Shown here: positions 18,785 to 32,800 of the stretch, piece after piece
Layout: each line of letters starts with the position of its first letter
How positions within the stretch are numbered: position 1 is the first letter of the stretch
From: a virus
Lineage: Duplodnaviria; Caudoviricetes
Reading direction: 5' to 3' (one strand)
Virus record (IMG/VR): IMGVR_UViG_3300018070_000166
Coordinates: 1-51,031 of that record
DNA: 51,031 nucleotides
Translations under genes and position numbers: made by a program
Notes under the pieces: generated by a model
Databases searched by the model: none
The model's input: only the letters and a program-made list of their open reading frames with translations
What the model was told of the DNA's origin: nothing

Positions 18785-21220
18785 ATGGCAAGTGTTCAAT
18801 CAGGGTTATTTACTCTTGATGAGTTTAACTATCGAAGAAATGTCCTGAAGTTAGCTCCAGATGCGTTTGTTGTAATAAATGGGGCTCTGACATCAAGAGT
18901 GTTATCTCCTATGGAAGCTAAATCAACGCAGAATATTGATATAAGGGGTGGCATATCTTCTATTAATGTTAGCGCTGCTGTATCTCCCCCTGGAGCGTCA
19001 AGAGCAACTATTGAAGTTATAGCTCCTATGTATAAGGGGATACATGAGGATTATTATATCACTATGCCAAACGGAACCAGAGTGCCATTTTTTATGCCCA
19101 TGATGGAAGTAAAAATATATATGAAAGGCAGGTTCCTTGAGCCAGAGTATAATTATGTCCCCAGGTATTATCCTGTATTTTGGGGGATGATAACTAATGT
19201 CCAGGAAAATTATTCTGATGGAAACTTCACCTTAAGTATTACATGTGAAGATTTTTTATGCTGGTGGAAATACCAGAAGATTACCACAAACCCAAGTGTT
19301 CAGGATGCATTTTTCGGTGGAGCCCCACAGATAAGATTTCCATCTGTATTTGAAAAGATGTCCGCATGGGAGATAATATACTCTTTATTTGTCGATTCAT
19401 TTTTTACTCAACATGGTGATAATGGTGCGGCTCTACACTATAACTTTGTATTCCCTAAATGGTCAAAAACTGGTATGTTACCTGATTCTCCTCTTATTCC
19501 TACGAGAGATACTTTTGGTCCACTTTCTAATCTCGCTATAAAATATTGGAATGATCGTTTTGGCTTGGGTGTGACTGATGAAGATAACCCTGATCTTATA
19601 AGAAAACAATTAGAAAAAATTCCTCTTAGAATGTACGGATTACGTGGACCAGTAGATTTTAAAACTATAAATGATACAATGCTGTCTTTTATTGATAAAA
19701 AAGATGCAGTATTGGGTCAACAGGCAGATAGAAGAGCAAAGCTTGATTTAGATTTTGGTCTTTTGTCGAGAGTTCAACCATATGGTATGTTTGATTTATT
19801 TGGCTCTGGTGCTGAGTCTACAGTATTTTCAAAGTTAGAGATAGCTACAGCTATTTGTGAAAAAGTCTTCATGGAATTCTTTGTAGATACTAATGGAGAG
19901 ATAGTATTTAAACCTCCTTTTTATAACCTCGATGTAGCATCAGGTAAAGTGCCATATTATAGGATAGGACCAGATGAGATTATTAACTATAACGCTTCTT
20001 TTGATTCTAATTCTATTATTAACTATCTTGTAGTGACCGGTCCCATGTATCAGGCATTGCCTTCTCTTGAGGTCACAGGATTTCACGCTGATTTTGATTC
20101 TATCAAGAGATATGGGATAAGATCCGAACAGCTTAATGTACCCTATGGTATGAATGCAAAGCAGCTTAAAATGATAGCTGTAGCTGAGATGGCTAGAAGA
20201 AATGGTCAAGCATACACTGGAAGTGTGTCAATACCCTTAAGACCAGAAATGAGACTAGGCTATCCTGTCTATCTTGAGCACATAGATTCTTTCTATTATG
20301 TGACGGGTATCAATCATAATTTCACATATGGCTCATCAGCAGTTACTGAGTTATCATTACAGTTCAAAAGAGAAAAAGTTTTTGATGATGGTAATAGTGG
20401 CGTACCAGGATCTCAATTAGGAGATGTGCTGTATTCCTGCGTGATGCGAGATAGAGAAGCTGAAGTAGCTAAGTTGATAAATGAAGGTAATGTAAATACA
20501 GAAATCTTGAAGGAGAAAATTAGTTCTATATCTGAAAAAGGCAAAGAGCCTAAAGATTTAGATAAGACAATAAATGAATGGAGAAAACAGTTAATATCCG
20601 CCCAGAATGGAGTTTATGAGGGTCCTGGTTTGTTAGGCTTATGGAAGATTGATCGTGCCAATATAAAGAAGAGGACTCAGGATCAGATTAAGGATGCAGG
20701 TGATGGGGCAACTTACACAGCTAATGAACTTGTCATGCTAACAGATGAAAGTGTCCCTTTTACAGATAAACTCGGGTATCGACATATGGGGGCTTTTCCG
20801 TATGGGGCTAATCTTGTACTTACAAAAAATGATAAGATGTTAGATACTACTAACTTTATTGATATAAAAGATCAAGAGGTAGGATCACTACTAAATAGCT
20901 CAGGAGTCCGGGAAACAACATCTTACGGTGTTAGTAGTGAAGCTAATAATGATATACAGAATAGTGTAGCTAATAACTCAACCATGACTAATGAACAAGA
21001 AGAAATTACTATTCAGAAGTCTAAGGAAAAGATGGATGAGATATATAGTACTCTGGATGATGTAAAGCAACAGCAAAATTCACAATCCAATCCGTATCTT
21101 TATGCAAATAGGGTTAATCCTACAGGGGTAGCTGCATTGAATAATGTGGATAATGCAACAAAAATTTTGATGGGTATTTCTCTCAGTACTGTAGATCAAA
21201 GTCAACAAAATATAAGTTAG
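18785..21220 (+). CDS. Baseplate hub protein (gp27/late control D-like)
   Basis: VFWGMITNV...SITCED, EFFVDTNGEIVFKPP, IKRYGIR, GSVSIPLRPEMRLG and YYVTGINH match the hub fold pattern. Confidence 0.75.
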   Translation: MASVQSGLFTLDEFNYRRNVLKLAPDAFVVINGALTSRVLSPMEAKSTQNIDIRGGISSINVSAAVSPPGASRATIEVIAPMYKGIHEDYYITMPNGTRVPFFMPMMEVKIYMKGRFLEPEYNYVPRYYPVFWGMITNVQENYSDGNFTLSITCEDFLCWWKYQKITTNPSVQDAFFGGAPQIRFPSVFEKMSAWEIIYSLFVDSFFTQHGDNGAALHYNFVFPKWSKTGMLPDSPLIPTRDTFGPLSNLAIKYWNDRFGLGVTDEDNPDLIRKQLEKIPLRMYGLRGPVDFKTINDTMLSFIDKKDAVLGQQADRRAKLDLDFGLLSRVQPYGMFDLFGSGAESTVFSKLEIATAICEKVFMEFFVDTNGEIVFKPPFYNLDVASGKVPYYRIGPDEIINYNASFDSNSIINYLVVTGPMYQALPSLEVTGFHADFDSIKRYGIRSEQLNVPYGMNAKQLKMIAVAEMARRNGQAYTGSVSIPLRPEMRLGYPVYLEHIDSFYYVTGINHNFTYGSSAVTELSLQFKREKVFDDGNSGVPGSQLGDVLYSCVMRDREAEVAKLINEGNVNTEILKEKISSISEKGKEPKDLDKTINEWRKQLISAQNGVYEGPGLLGLWKIDRANIKKRTQDQIKDAGDGATYTANELVMLTDESVPFTDKLGYRHMGAFPYGANLVLTKNDKMLDTTNFIDIKDQEVGSLLNSSGVRETTSYGVSSEANNDIQNSVANNSTMTNEQEEITIQKSKEKMDEIYSTLDDVKQQQNSQSNPYLYANRVNPTGVAALNNVDNATKILMGISLSTVDQSQQNIS

Positions 21221-21246
21221 AATTATTCAACACATAGTGGGTAGAT

Positions 21247-23265
21247 ATGACGACACCTAAAGGCTATTTTAATTTACCAGGTAGAAAAATAGCTCCTAAT
21301 GAGACTCCTTCTCCAAGTGCCAGAGCTCCAGGGAATCTTACTTTCTTAATCGGGGACGTAAAAAAAGTTGATGTTGATAGACAAAAAATGTACGTCGACT
21401 TTAGAAAGGGCTATGGATCAGGTATAGTTCTTGATATCTCACAACCATTCTCGGGAACTCGTAGTTTTGTGCAAGCTACTCCAGAAGAAGGTTCAATCAT
21501 ATTAGTGGGGCATCAGACAGGTGAGTATTTTCCAATAGCATACCTGCCAAACTATGCCTTTGGTTTAGAAAATAGAAATGTGGAAGTATGGCCTGATGAT
21601 GTAAAGACCCAAGAAAAGAATGAACATTTTTTTCGGATGAGAAAACTAAAAGAAGGTTGGATATCATTAGGTTCTACAGATGGCATAGAAGTTTTATTGG
21701 GAGACTATTTTAAGATTGATGACAGCTGTGGGAATAGTTTTATCTTAAGACCGGAAGATAATGCTATAATTAATACCTCTCTTAATAATTATGTGTTTAG
21801 TAGTGGCATATGGAGAAATGCAGGGATAGTACGACGTAATAGTATAAGTCCTATTGAGTTAGATGAAATACCTAATGCTTTCAAAGATGTGCGTGTCAAT
21901 GGAAAGGATACGTTTGTTATAAGACCTCAAAATTCTGATGGGGCATCTGATCCTTATTTGGTGGAATATCTTCTTGAAGTAGATGATAGGGACTTTGGGG
22001 TAAAACCAATAAACGATGTTAATTTTAGTTCTAATAAGACAATCCGAAAACCTGTTGCTATCTTTTCTCTTGGAAACTTTATAGGTAATAACTCTAATGA
22101 TGGTAATTATGGAAGAGTTTTGAGACCTGTTCTTTTTACAGATCCTGATGACAATTCTGGGAATTTCTCATTTGAGCCAGTATCCGGTGATGGTATTGAT
22201 AACTTTGCCTCCGCTGTTACGCTATTTAAGCCGAATCATACTAACCCCTCATTAGGAGCATACTTCGGGATAGATAAAGAAGGGCATTTCTTTCAGCACA
22301 TTCCTGCTGCTACCGGAGGAGGATTGGGTAAAGGTAGGTCGATGTCTATTCTTGCTCGTGGGAGCAAGAAAGAGGTATGGGGTCAAGATTCCCGTTATGC
22401 TAATTCTTGGGATCTTGATACTGTCGGAGGTATAAGATGGCAGATTGGGTCTCATAATGAACGTGATGGGAACCCCTATAGTAACCGAAGTATGGATATT
22501 AGAACAAACAGCTCCGTATTTTTTATGTATGGATCTGAATTGTCACCTGATCTGTATGATTTTGATAAAAAAGATAAAAAATTAGATAGTGTCAGGAAGT
22601 ATTATAAGATTGAGAAAATTGGGGGTAATGAACGTGTGGAAGTGGAATCCACTCGTGAGACAATAATAAACGGCTCAGATAAATTAGCCATAAAAGGTGC
22701 CAGGATAGAGAAGGTAAGTGGGGCATCCACTATCAGTATTGGATCCGGATATAATATTATAGTTGGTGATGCTTTTACTGAAAAAGTCACTAAAGAAAAA
22801 AATGAGAGTTTTGGTAATCGTAAAACTTTCATTAACAGCGGTAATTCTGAATTGATTATAAAATCTGTCAGAGGTGATATTCTTGAAGAGATCACTAAGG
22901 TGGGTAATAAGAAGTTAAAACTCATGACTGGTAATATCGAAGAAGAAATTACAGGAGTAGGAAACCGTAGGTTTACCACTAACTCAGGTAATTTTACAGC
23001 CAATACAAGAGCAGGTAATATCACTCTTAGTACTAACTCAGGTAATGTGGGACTTAGTACAAATACGGGTAGAGCTACTATAGGAGCTCAGTTAAATATT
23101 GGGATAGAAACTTCTAAGGCATCAACAGTCAATATATCTGGTGGATCAATAAACTTGAATGGTAGACTGGGTAATAGTGGTGGTGTTATAACCAACAAGA
23201 CCCATTATGATTATATCACGGGGGCACCCTTGAAGGGTTCTTCTACAGTAAAGGCTACAATGTAA
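21247..23265 (+). CDS. Baseplate central spike (gp5/gpV-like)
   Basis: N-terminal OB-fold-like GDVKKVD...PEEGSIILVG, C-terminal beta-helix-like periodic GN repeats, and terminal HYDYITGAP. Confidence 0.7.
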   Translation: MTTPKGYFNLPGRKIAPNETPSPSARAPGNLTFLIGDVKKVDVDRQKMYVDFRKGYGSGIVLDISQPFSGTRSFVQATPEEGSIILVGHQTGEYFPIAYLPNYAFGLENRNVEVWPDDVKTQEKNEHFFRMRKLKEGWISLGSTDGIEVLLGDYFKIDDSCGNSFILRPEDNAIINTSLNNYVFSSGIWRNAGIVRRNSISPIELDEIPNAFKDVRVNGKDTFVIRPQNSDGASDPYLVEYLLEVDDRDFGVKPINDVNFSSNKTIRKPVAIFSLGNFIGNNSNDGNYGRVLRPVLFTDPDDNSGNFSFEPVSGDGIDNFASAVTLFKPNHTNPSLGAYFGIDKEGHFFQHIPAATGGGLGKGRSMSILARGSKKEVWGQDSRYANSWDLDTVGGIRWQIGSHNERDGNPYSNRSMDIRTNSSVFFMYGSELSPDLYDFDKKDKKLDSVRKYYKIEKIGGNERVEVESTRETIINGSDKLAIKGARIEKVSGASTISIGSGYNIIVGDAFTEKVTKEKNESFGNRKTFINSGNSELIIKSVRGDILEEITKVGNKKLKLMTGNIEEEITGVGNRRFTTNSGNFTANTRAGNITLSTNSGNVGLSTNTGRATIGAQLNIGIETSKASTVNISGGSINLNGRLGNSGGVITNKTHYDYITGAPLKGSSTVKATM

Positions 23266-23882
23266 TGCCTGTAGTTTCTAAAGCAATATCATCATCAATA
23301 CAGGGGCTATTATCACTAAATAGCTTAACAGGTAGGGATGCTATTAAATTAGCTGATGTGGTTGGGACCTCTGTAGCAACGTATCTTGTAACACCTAATT
23401 TAGTCTCTTGTTCACTTAACGGTACCGCAGGTCCTATAGGTAATATAAGTAGCATGGCTGTGATAGGCATAGTTCCTACAGCTATGAGTGGTTTGATGCT
23501 TAGTAAGGCTGCTTCTAAAAAGTTAAATGGTAGGGATATAAAAAAATTGTTTGATTCGATCTCAAATGGTTTAGCACAAATACTTATGGGTATGGTATTA
23601 ACGGGTACTGCTGTAGGTATCGCTGTTGGTGGTGGTGTTGGAAGTTTTACAGCAGTTAACGCAACAACTTTATCCAACTTGATGTACTCGTTAATGCTGT
23701 CAAAGCAATTAACAGGTAGGGATGCAGCTAATCTATGCGAATCAATATCCTTTGGGATAATTAATCATCTTAAATCTTCTGTACGGTTTACTGTCATAGT
23801 GACAGGTGTTGTAGCCCCAGTTCCTCCAGTAGGTCCTGTGGCAGTAATAGGGATACCATCATTGTTTACTAAGATAAATTGA
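23265..23882 (+). CDS. Hydrophobic 205-aa spike-adjacent protein with three internal repeats
   Basis: Translationally coupled to the spike gene (TAATG). LxGRDxxxL occurs three times; G/A/V/S-rich. Confidence 0.7.
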   Translation: MPVVSKAISSSIQGLLSLNSLTGRDAIKLADVVGTSVATYLVTPNLVSCSLNGTAGPIGNISSMAVIGIVPTAMSGLMLSKAASKKLNGRDIKKLFDSISNGLAQILMGMVLTGTAVGIAVGGGVGSFTAVNATTLSNLMYSLMLSKQLTGRDAANLCESISFGIINHLKSSVRFTVIVTGVVAPVPPVGPVAVIGIPSLFTKIN

Positions 23883-23892
23883 AGGAATTATA

Positions 23893-26800
23893 ATGGGATC
23901 AGAAATTTTCAGTTTAAAGTCGCTTTATCTTGATGATACTGTAGTTCGTGGTGCGCGTGTCAGTACTAAAAATGCATCTTCTACAAGATCTATAGAAGTA
24001 AATCCTGGTGATGACCCTACTGTAAGGACAGGGGAAACTGGGATAAATAAAGAATATCTGATTCAATCCTCATTAGTAGGGAATGATCTTAATGGGTATG
24101 GAACATTTATCCAGAATAGTGATGTTATTAGAGGGTATACTGGTGCTCAGAATCTGTCCCATAGCGATAAAATAAAACTCGATAGTGAAAGAACATCCTA
24201 CACAGTAACAGGTATCAATGGTACTGATGTATACCTTATTGAGAAGTATACAAAAGAAAATAATTCTGATCCGGATGTTCTCTCAGGTATTTGCTCCATA
24301 GAGAAAGTATCTCTTGACAGTTTAAAGTATGAACGCTCGGATACTAATATTATTTATGATAAGGATAATAGTCAATGGGGTGTTACAGGTGTACTGATAC
24401 TTGATCCTACTATAGCTCCATCAGATAGTTTTGAATTTGATACAGGTATAACTCTTAAATTTCAAAGTGGTACATCAAGTAAGAAACCAGATATTGCTAC
24501 AGTGCTAAGTACCTCTAAGACTTTAGTATCAAATAATACCTCGCCAATTTTTGATGTATCCTTGAGTCCTATACCTTACCCACATAGCAGTCTACAGGTT
24601 TTCTTAGGTAAAAATGGAGAAGAACTTAAAAAAGCGGTAGAGGCTAAGGATTATTTTGTCAACTATACAAATAGCTCAGAAATTTTGTCTCCCATCCCAC
24701 CATATGAAGAGAGAAAAGTTGCCTATATAAAATTTCTGGATAGTATGGTTGATGGAGTTCAGGTTAAGAGTATCGATGCAACCTTTAATGGGAATATGAC
24801 TATAGATAAAGAAACTATAGAAGGGGATACTGTAGTAGTAAGACCTGTCCAGGATATCTTATCTACAGATGATTTTTCCATAAAGGTAGCTGGGTCTGAA
24901 AAGATAAAAAATACTGACTATGTATCTAATGATGGTGCTGGGATGCTTACCTTTGTTGAACATAGTAATCATGAGGCTTTGATAGATACCTTAACATACC
25001 CTAAAAAGCTCATATGGGATGGTATCAGTGTAATAATCGGAATCAAGGAAGAGGATGTAAATGACTTTAGTAATTTGGTTATTCCTGGAGTATCTGGGTT
25101 AAAAGGCATTGACTACACTGTTTATTATGAAGATACAGATTCCAATAATCTTCTTCGTGACATAGACTTTATTATCGATCCAGAGTCAGGAGCATTTGCT
25201 CTTAGTGCTCCTACTAATTCTGATGGTACTGTTTTAGTCTCTTACTTTGTAGAAGGGGATGATATAAAGGATGAAAAAGTTGAATTAAATACTCTGCGTC
25301 TTAATAGCTATCCATTGGTAGTTAGTTCTCTGGTATTGACAAAGAAGTACAATAAGATAGGTAATTCAGGTGGTCAAGTAACCTTGACAAGAGTACTTGT
25401 TGAAGGTATAGATTTTAACGTATCCTATATCACTGGGTATATTGAGTTGCTACCTTCAGATGAGATCACTGTTGAGTTAAGGACATCATATACTCCCATG
25501 GCACAGATAAACTGTATTGCTCGAAGTATAGATAAGAGCATGAATTATACATATACCATAATTGACGACGTGTTTACCTTCTCTCAGGATGACATTGGAA
25601 GCAAGAGATTAATATTTAAAGTTAATAACCCTGCGGTATCTATTCCTAAAAAAATATTGTTTGATAGCGATAAAACAACATCTAATTATAATTTTTTAGG
25701 AAGTATAACTCCTGAGAATATTCTGCGTATCGGGATAAAGGGGACAGACAAAACTTTTATTGTTAATGGCTCAAAATATGATGACATTAAGAAAATAATA
25801 ACTCTTGATTCTTCTGTTAATGCCCTCGCTCCATTGAATAGGGATATTGTTGTTGGATCGTATACATATGAATCTGACATCCTCCCATATGCCCCAGTTT
25901 TACTTATCTCAACAGTTATAAATGCAGGGGATGATTCATTCTTGATCGAGGGTTATGATAAAACAGATTCTCTTAAAGCTGGTACTATACTTCAGGTAGA
26001 AAATAGAGATCCACAATCGATCAATTATTATATGCTAAGAAATGTATCGTATAAGAATCAGGTTACCAAGGTGGACATCTATGGGACTTTTCCTGAAACA
26101 GCTATTGACCCAGTTTTTTCAATATTTGATGATCAAATTACCTGGCAGGCTATGTCTGAGGATGTCACAGTAGATACTACAGTACCAGTAGACTCAGGTT
26201 TTATAATCTTGGATGGTGGCCCTCTTTTCTTAAATACAAATATAAAAAAAGAAGGATTACTGTTAGTTAATAATCAAGAGATATACACAATAACTTTGAT
26301 AACCACTCAAGGTTCAAGAACTACCATAGGTATTTATCCTAATCTTAGATCCTCTCTGACTTCCGATATAAGATTTTCTATTCTTCCCGTATATATTGCA
26401 GGTATCACTACCATACCTGCAAGGAAGCTTATTCTCAATGATGTTGAACAGCCCGCATTTACTATATGGTATGATTCACCTAAAGGATATGAGGGAAGTG
26501 CTAAAGTACTTTTCGTAAGAGATACAATAGTGATTGATGAATATGTATCGGGTGTCAAAAATCCGGAATCCTATAGGTTTTTAATCAAGGATTACTCTGA
26601 CATTTACACTTTAGCCAAAGCTATCCAGGCTATTAAATCTACATTTAGGATAAATGTCCCGTATATGGCTGTTCCGGAGTATAATCCATTTACCATAGTT
26701 CATGCAGATAAAGAAGACTATTATCTTGGTAGGGGTATTTGGGGTCCCAGCACTTTGATTCCATTTGAAAATGAAGAGTATACAAATCTTCCCTATACAT

Positions 26801-29800
26801 TTAATATTACTCCGGATCTCTTTAAGTATACTCTCTTAGAGTTATTCAGTGGCAAAAATGAGTTTACAATAAAAGATGTTGATCTTTCTACTTACTTCAT
26901 CTCAGGTACGATAGTTTCATTTGTTAATAAGATAAGTGGTAGGATATTTTTCAGTAAAATATTGGGTGTTGAATACTTATCCAAAAAAGGTACGTTGGTA
27001 ACATTATCAAGTACCATACCTGAGAATATGGTAGCACCCTATAAATATGCATGTACTTCTCCAGAATGGATAAATATAAATAACACTATGATTGGGGTAG
27101 ACCACGGCACCTCACAAATAACATTCCAGGGTAAGCTTATAGATAACGTCAGAGAAGGGACTATTCTGAGTATAGGCAATAATCATATTTATCAGGTTCA
27201 GAAAGTGACTCAGAATGTAGATAATTTTGAAATATCCCTAAACTCATATATTGACCCAGAAGTAAAAGTTCAGACTTATTTTGATTATATAAAAATCAGT
27301 AGTGTGCCTATAGTTCTTACTACACCAGGACCTCAACCCATGGTTCAATATACTTATATTACACCATATAAACATACGGGGTATGCCGCAGTAAAAATTA
27401 GTATTGATAAAATAAACTTTAAAGAAGTAATAGACAATCTCAATATTAAAGAAACTTCCCTAAAATACTCAGACTATGATAATTTTGGGTTGCTTTTTGA
27501 GGGCATTAAGAATATTGAATCATATGTGCCGGGGAATAGACCTTTTAATGTTCTGTTAAACAATTCATATAATGATGTCCTTAGTGATGCTTTTGATAAG
27601 TATGCTCTAAAAAGCACTATGGATCAATACACTAACTTGCCAAGTTATATACCTATAGCAGTTGGTGCCTTTGACATTAGATACACTGTTCCTTCTGGGT
27701 ATGCTGGTACATTTAGTGTGAAAGTTACATCAGAATATCTATCAATAAAAGAGCATACATTTGATCTCTATGGGAATGAGTTAGAAAAAGAAACTTCTAT
27801 TCAGTATATAAACACAAAGGATATGAAAGATTTAGTCACCTCTATCATACCTAAGATAACCTCTGTTATATCAAGTACTCTTTTTCCTTTCACAACTATT
27901 CTTAAAAATCAGGATACGTTTGGTTTAGGTGGTTGGGGATACACACATCTCACAACATTGATTGGGGGATATCTATCAGGAAATCAAACTATATATGCTA
28001 CTGTTGATGTTAGATCCTTCATAGCTATAGGAAATCTTAATGAGAGAAAGTTAGAAGTAACTAAAGAGTATACTATCAATAATGGGGTAGTTGAGCTCGT
28101 TACTCCAGTAGCACCATTAGATCGATATACCCTTAGCTATATGGGTCTCGATAATCTGTATGAGAATGAGGGTGATTCAATAACTTGTTCGTGCCGATTT
28201 ATTACTGCACTTCCGATAGGATATCGTCTTGATGTTTATTTAGAGTATCAGAATATAGATCAGTTTTATATCCAGAAGCTTACTGAAAGAAAATTCTCTG
28301 AGATAGTTACAGTACCTCAGATAGAACAGATTGTAGAACAAAAAGCTTTTGTTGGTGGTCAAGGTAATGACAGTGGGACAACAAATAACTCTACTCCCAA
28401 TTATGAGGGTGGTGTAGCGGATATTAACTACCTCCTGCAAGATGAATATATCAAAAAGCAACTTTACTTGAGATTCTTCAAGTGGTACAAACAGAGACTT
28501 AGAGGTTTAAGTGCCGAGATGCAGCTTGGTCTTGGGTTTAAATTCGGGCATAGTAATGCAGTGGGTGAGGTAGATGGTTATTATAGCCTGGAGGATCAAT
28601 ATGTAGAAACTGAGGATTACACACTTACTAAAGACGGAGATATAGCTCAGATAAATAATGGTTTCTCAAAATATTTTCCGATAGGGTATAGTGATCAAGC
28701 CCCGGATTATTACCATAGATTCGGAAAAGAATATCTATCCTTCAATGAAGTTTATTGCTGTAATGTAACATACAAGGATGATAAGAATAAGGTAGTGACT
28801 GTTGGTATAATTAAATCAGATCGACCTTACTGGAATAGGACACCAGATCTTATCTTTATGGTATGGAAAGATGAATACATAGTTAAAAATAAAAATCTGG
28901 TGGATGGTTATATCGTAGATGTCCCCGTAGAGGATAGATCTTTTGATCCGAGTAATTACACCTTTTTACGAGTAATAGATGTAGGGGATAAAGTTAAGGT
29001 GGAAGGATTTAAGAATTCATATACTATTTCGAGTATAGAAACTCCTGTCGGTAAGACATATGAGTATATTCTTATTAGTAAACCTTTTACGGATAAAGGA
29101 ATAAAGACTTATAATATAATTGATAAAAATGTCCAAATATCCGAGAACCCTAATGAGTACAAGTTATTATCCCTTGATACGTTTGTAGAAGCTCTTTCTC
29201 CGGATGGGTACAGACTCTTGATTACCCGCCAGGATAAAGAAGATTTTCCAATGTCTGATGACTATGGAAGTTTAGGGGCTACAGCTTATGGGGATGCGGT
29301 AGAAAGACTCCCAAATAATACTCGTAGGATAAAGAAGCCTTTTGGGGCAGCATTATTAAAGCTGTTTTTTCCCTTTATTAAAGAATCTACAAAGAACTTT
29401 AAAGTGATGGTGAAGAGGGATTCTGAAGCAATCTCCTGGGAAACTCTTGGTACGGTAGATCTGTCAAAGTTAACATTTAAAGAAGAACGTAATATCGATG
29501 ACGTTTTGGATGCTCTAAGATATGATTTTACAGACAAGTACACAATACCTATGCCACCACCGGCACCCCCAATAATTATATATGATATAAAAGAAGATGC
29601 TAATAAGGGGTTCTTCAGATATTTTTATTTGTCTCTTGAGAATATCTACGATGCCGAGAGTAAAGACGGCTACTATCAAAGTATAGTAATTAGAGCTAAG
29701 GATAGAAATTGGAGCTTTAAATTTATAGATGGTGGAGAAGAGAATATCATAGGAGATTATGGGTACAATGAAGAAAAAGTATATGAAAATTTTTATGATC

Positions 29801-32800
29801 CTGAAAATATCTATAAAAGATTGCTTCTTGAAAAACAAGCTTGGCAGACCGAGGAGCTTATTGTAAGAGATTTATATGACTATAATGATAAGATTGCCCG
29901 GGCATTTGACAATGGTGATCTTAATCGTAAAAACAGTAAATACCAGTATTATTTGGCAATGCCTGATGGAGGTACAGTTCAGGGTGTATCAGATATTTTA
30001 AGGACACGGATACCTACATATGAGAAACAGTTAAGATTCTTAATAGATACTGCAGGACCAGTCTTTAGAACACTCTATCCGGATCTCGTCCATGCTGAGG
30101 ATAGTGCTTCTCCGGAGATAGCTACTACGTACAAGCAGACTCTTTTTGCTTGGAATTTGTATAATGCCTCTTATGGTAAAATGAATTTTTATAATAATCT
30201 CAATGAGAATAATAATTACACCTGGAAGAATAGCTATATAAGATGGGTCATGAGTATTGAGCGGGGAATACTATACCAGGGGTTATTAAAGCAAATGTCT
30301 GATAATAACTCAGGAGTTATAACGGTAGGATTAGTAGAAGTACCTACTATTGACATACTCTTGGTATCCCAATTGGTATATACCGTAGTAAATCCAATGC
30401 TTACGGTATCTTCTACATATGATGGGAAATATATTAGGATTAGTTTTGATATAAGTAGAAAAGATGCTCCGGGTCAAATTACCCCAGGAATAGTCTGGAT
30501 AATATACCTATATGATAAAATAGATATAGGAGGCATTCCCACCGTATCGTACAAGGATATATCAAAAGTATGCTCAGAGATATCAGAGTATAAATATGAA
30601 GGGGTCAAATTATTTGCAGCAAGTAACATCTTTACACATACTGAAAATGATGTAGTATCAAAGACTGTTCTTGTAGATAATATGGTGATTGATCCTATTA
30701 AAGGTTCCCAACTTGTATCTACTAATGTGGCAGATCATAGGGCATCTGATCCAAGAGTACTTTTTCTTAATAAGAACATAGAGGATAGGGTTTATACTCA
30801 TGAGATAAGAGAGCTCCCTGGGGTTAATGTCTCATATCTTGGTAATTATTATTTGCTGAAATATGGTATACCGGGGTTGTCTATTATTCTAAACTATCAA
30901 TATGATAGAAGTAACTTCAGATATGGTATATTTTATGATAACACTGGGGAAAAAGTACTAACCTTAGCATATGATACTAATGGAGAAACAGTATATAATA
31001 CATTTCAGTTATATGTTACAGGCAGTACATCAAATGTGTATAAGACTATCTCAGAATTATCCTATGAATTAAATAACTCATATTTCATTACCAGTACAGT
31101 TCCTACGGCTAATAGCTCCAGGACTTGTGATTCTTTTATAATCACAACAGACTATGTTTCTGCTATTGAACTCCTCGCCGTTCCATATATCTCGACTAAT
31201 AGCGTATATAGCTCTGTGGATAAAGAAACAGATCAGTTTTATTACCGGGTATATACCGATAGTGCAAAGATAAGAAAATTGGATATTGTCTTTTATAACA
31301 TTATACTTGATGGAAAAAAGATATACAAGGATACCACTATATCTGATACATTTACTTTTTCATTCCAGAAAATAGATGGCTCTTTTAAGACTTTGTCTGA
31401 GATATGTCAAGAACTTAATAACTTTACATATATAGGGGAAAAACTCTTATCAGCTTCCTCTGTGTATGAGGCTGATCCTAAGAGTGGACTGACATCTGCA
31501 TATGTTATAGCTGATAATATACTTACACCTGTAGGTTATGATTGGGTAACTACTTTGTATGTAGATACCTACGTTGAAGCGATAAGTGGGAAGGATTCTA
31601 ATAGCCGGACAGTATCAAGTATAAAGAATGCTGTATTTTCTTTTCCAATGTATACAGCTAATGGTAATCCGAACAAAGCAGCAATAGAAGATATACCTGT
31701 ATCAGGTAAATGGGAAGTAGTTAATAGCTCAGATATCTTAGAAGTAAGTTGCATAGATGGCTTTGAATGGTCACTATCCTTTTCAGATTTTAATTCAGGG
31801 GACTACAAAAGCTATATGACGCCACAAGATATTCTGGATTTAATTAACAGTAATAAATCCCTTACGGAAGATCAGTATAATCAAATAAAGACTGTAGAGG
31901 ATCGTCCTGCTGTGGGAGTACTCAAAGAATTAGTACTTACTAAGATTAATGGATCAGAAAAGAATATTGCGAGATTCAATCTTAGAAAATACGGTACTAT
32001 CAATGAACTTGTAGAGGCTATAGTACTTACAAGATTTAATGCTGCGGGAGAAATTGATATAAATGGTATTAGAGCTTTTTTTACTGCCACACTAATAGGA
32101 GATCCTGCTGTAGAGGGTAAGTATAGGAGTTCAGAACTTAAAACTGAATACACTCCTATTATTAAATCCTTCAATGTTACGATGAATGACGGGTCTATAG
32201 TATATAAATATAATCAACTTATTGGTTGGCAGCTCATGAGTACCACGCTTAAAGGCAATTTGAAACAGCGCCTAAAGATGATGGAAGAAAGATACAGTTA
32301 TGGGGAAACTCATAAGTTTGTTCTTGGGAATCCAGAGACAGCCTATAATGACACATTGAACAATAACCCCCAAGGATTTAGAAGGGATATTTTAGCATTT
32401 GATATCTATAGCTGGGATTACAATGCACAGTATGAGATTAAGGATAATTGGCTATATTTTAAGAGTGACTCTGTAGATTTTATTAGAGCATCAGATCTTG
32501 GTCAACCTGACAAAGCATTAGGTTATGGGATACCCCTATCTGGGTCTGGGCATACTATGGCTCCAGACAGAGAAAGTATAGCTGATCTTGTTAATAGAAT
32601 AAATAGCAATAATTTTATCAATAAGTGGTTTTACGCAAATCTCAAGTTTACTCGTGATGATAAGAATAATCCTGGATATTTTGAGTATAATTATCTTCCT
32701 AATCTTTATGCGCAGATACCCCGGTCAATTATCGATAATATTATGTTGAAGGATGATAATGTCCTTCAGATTAAACCAGCTTCTGGGTACAATTTCACAG

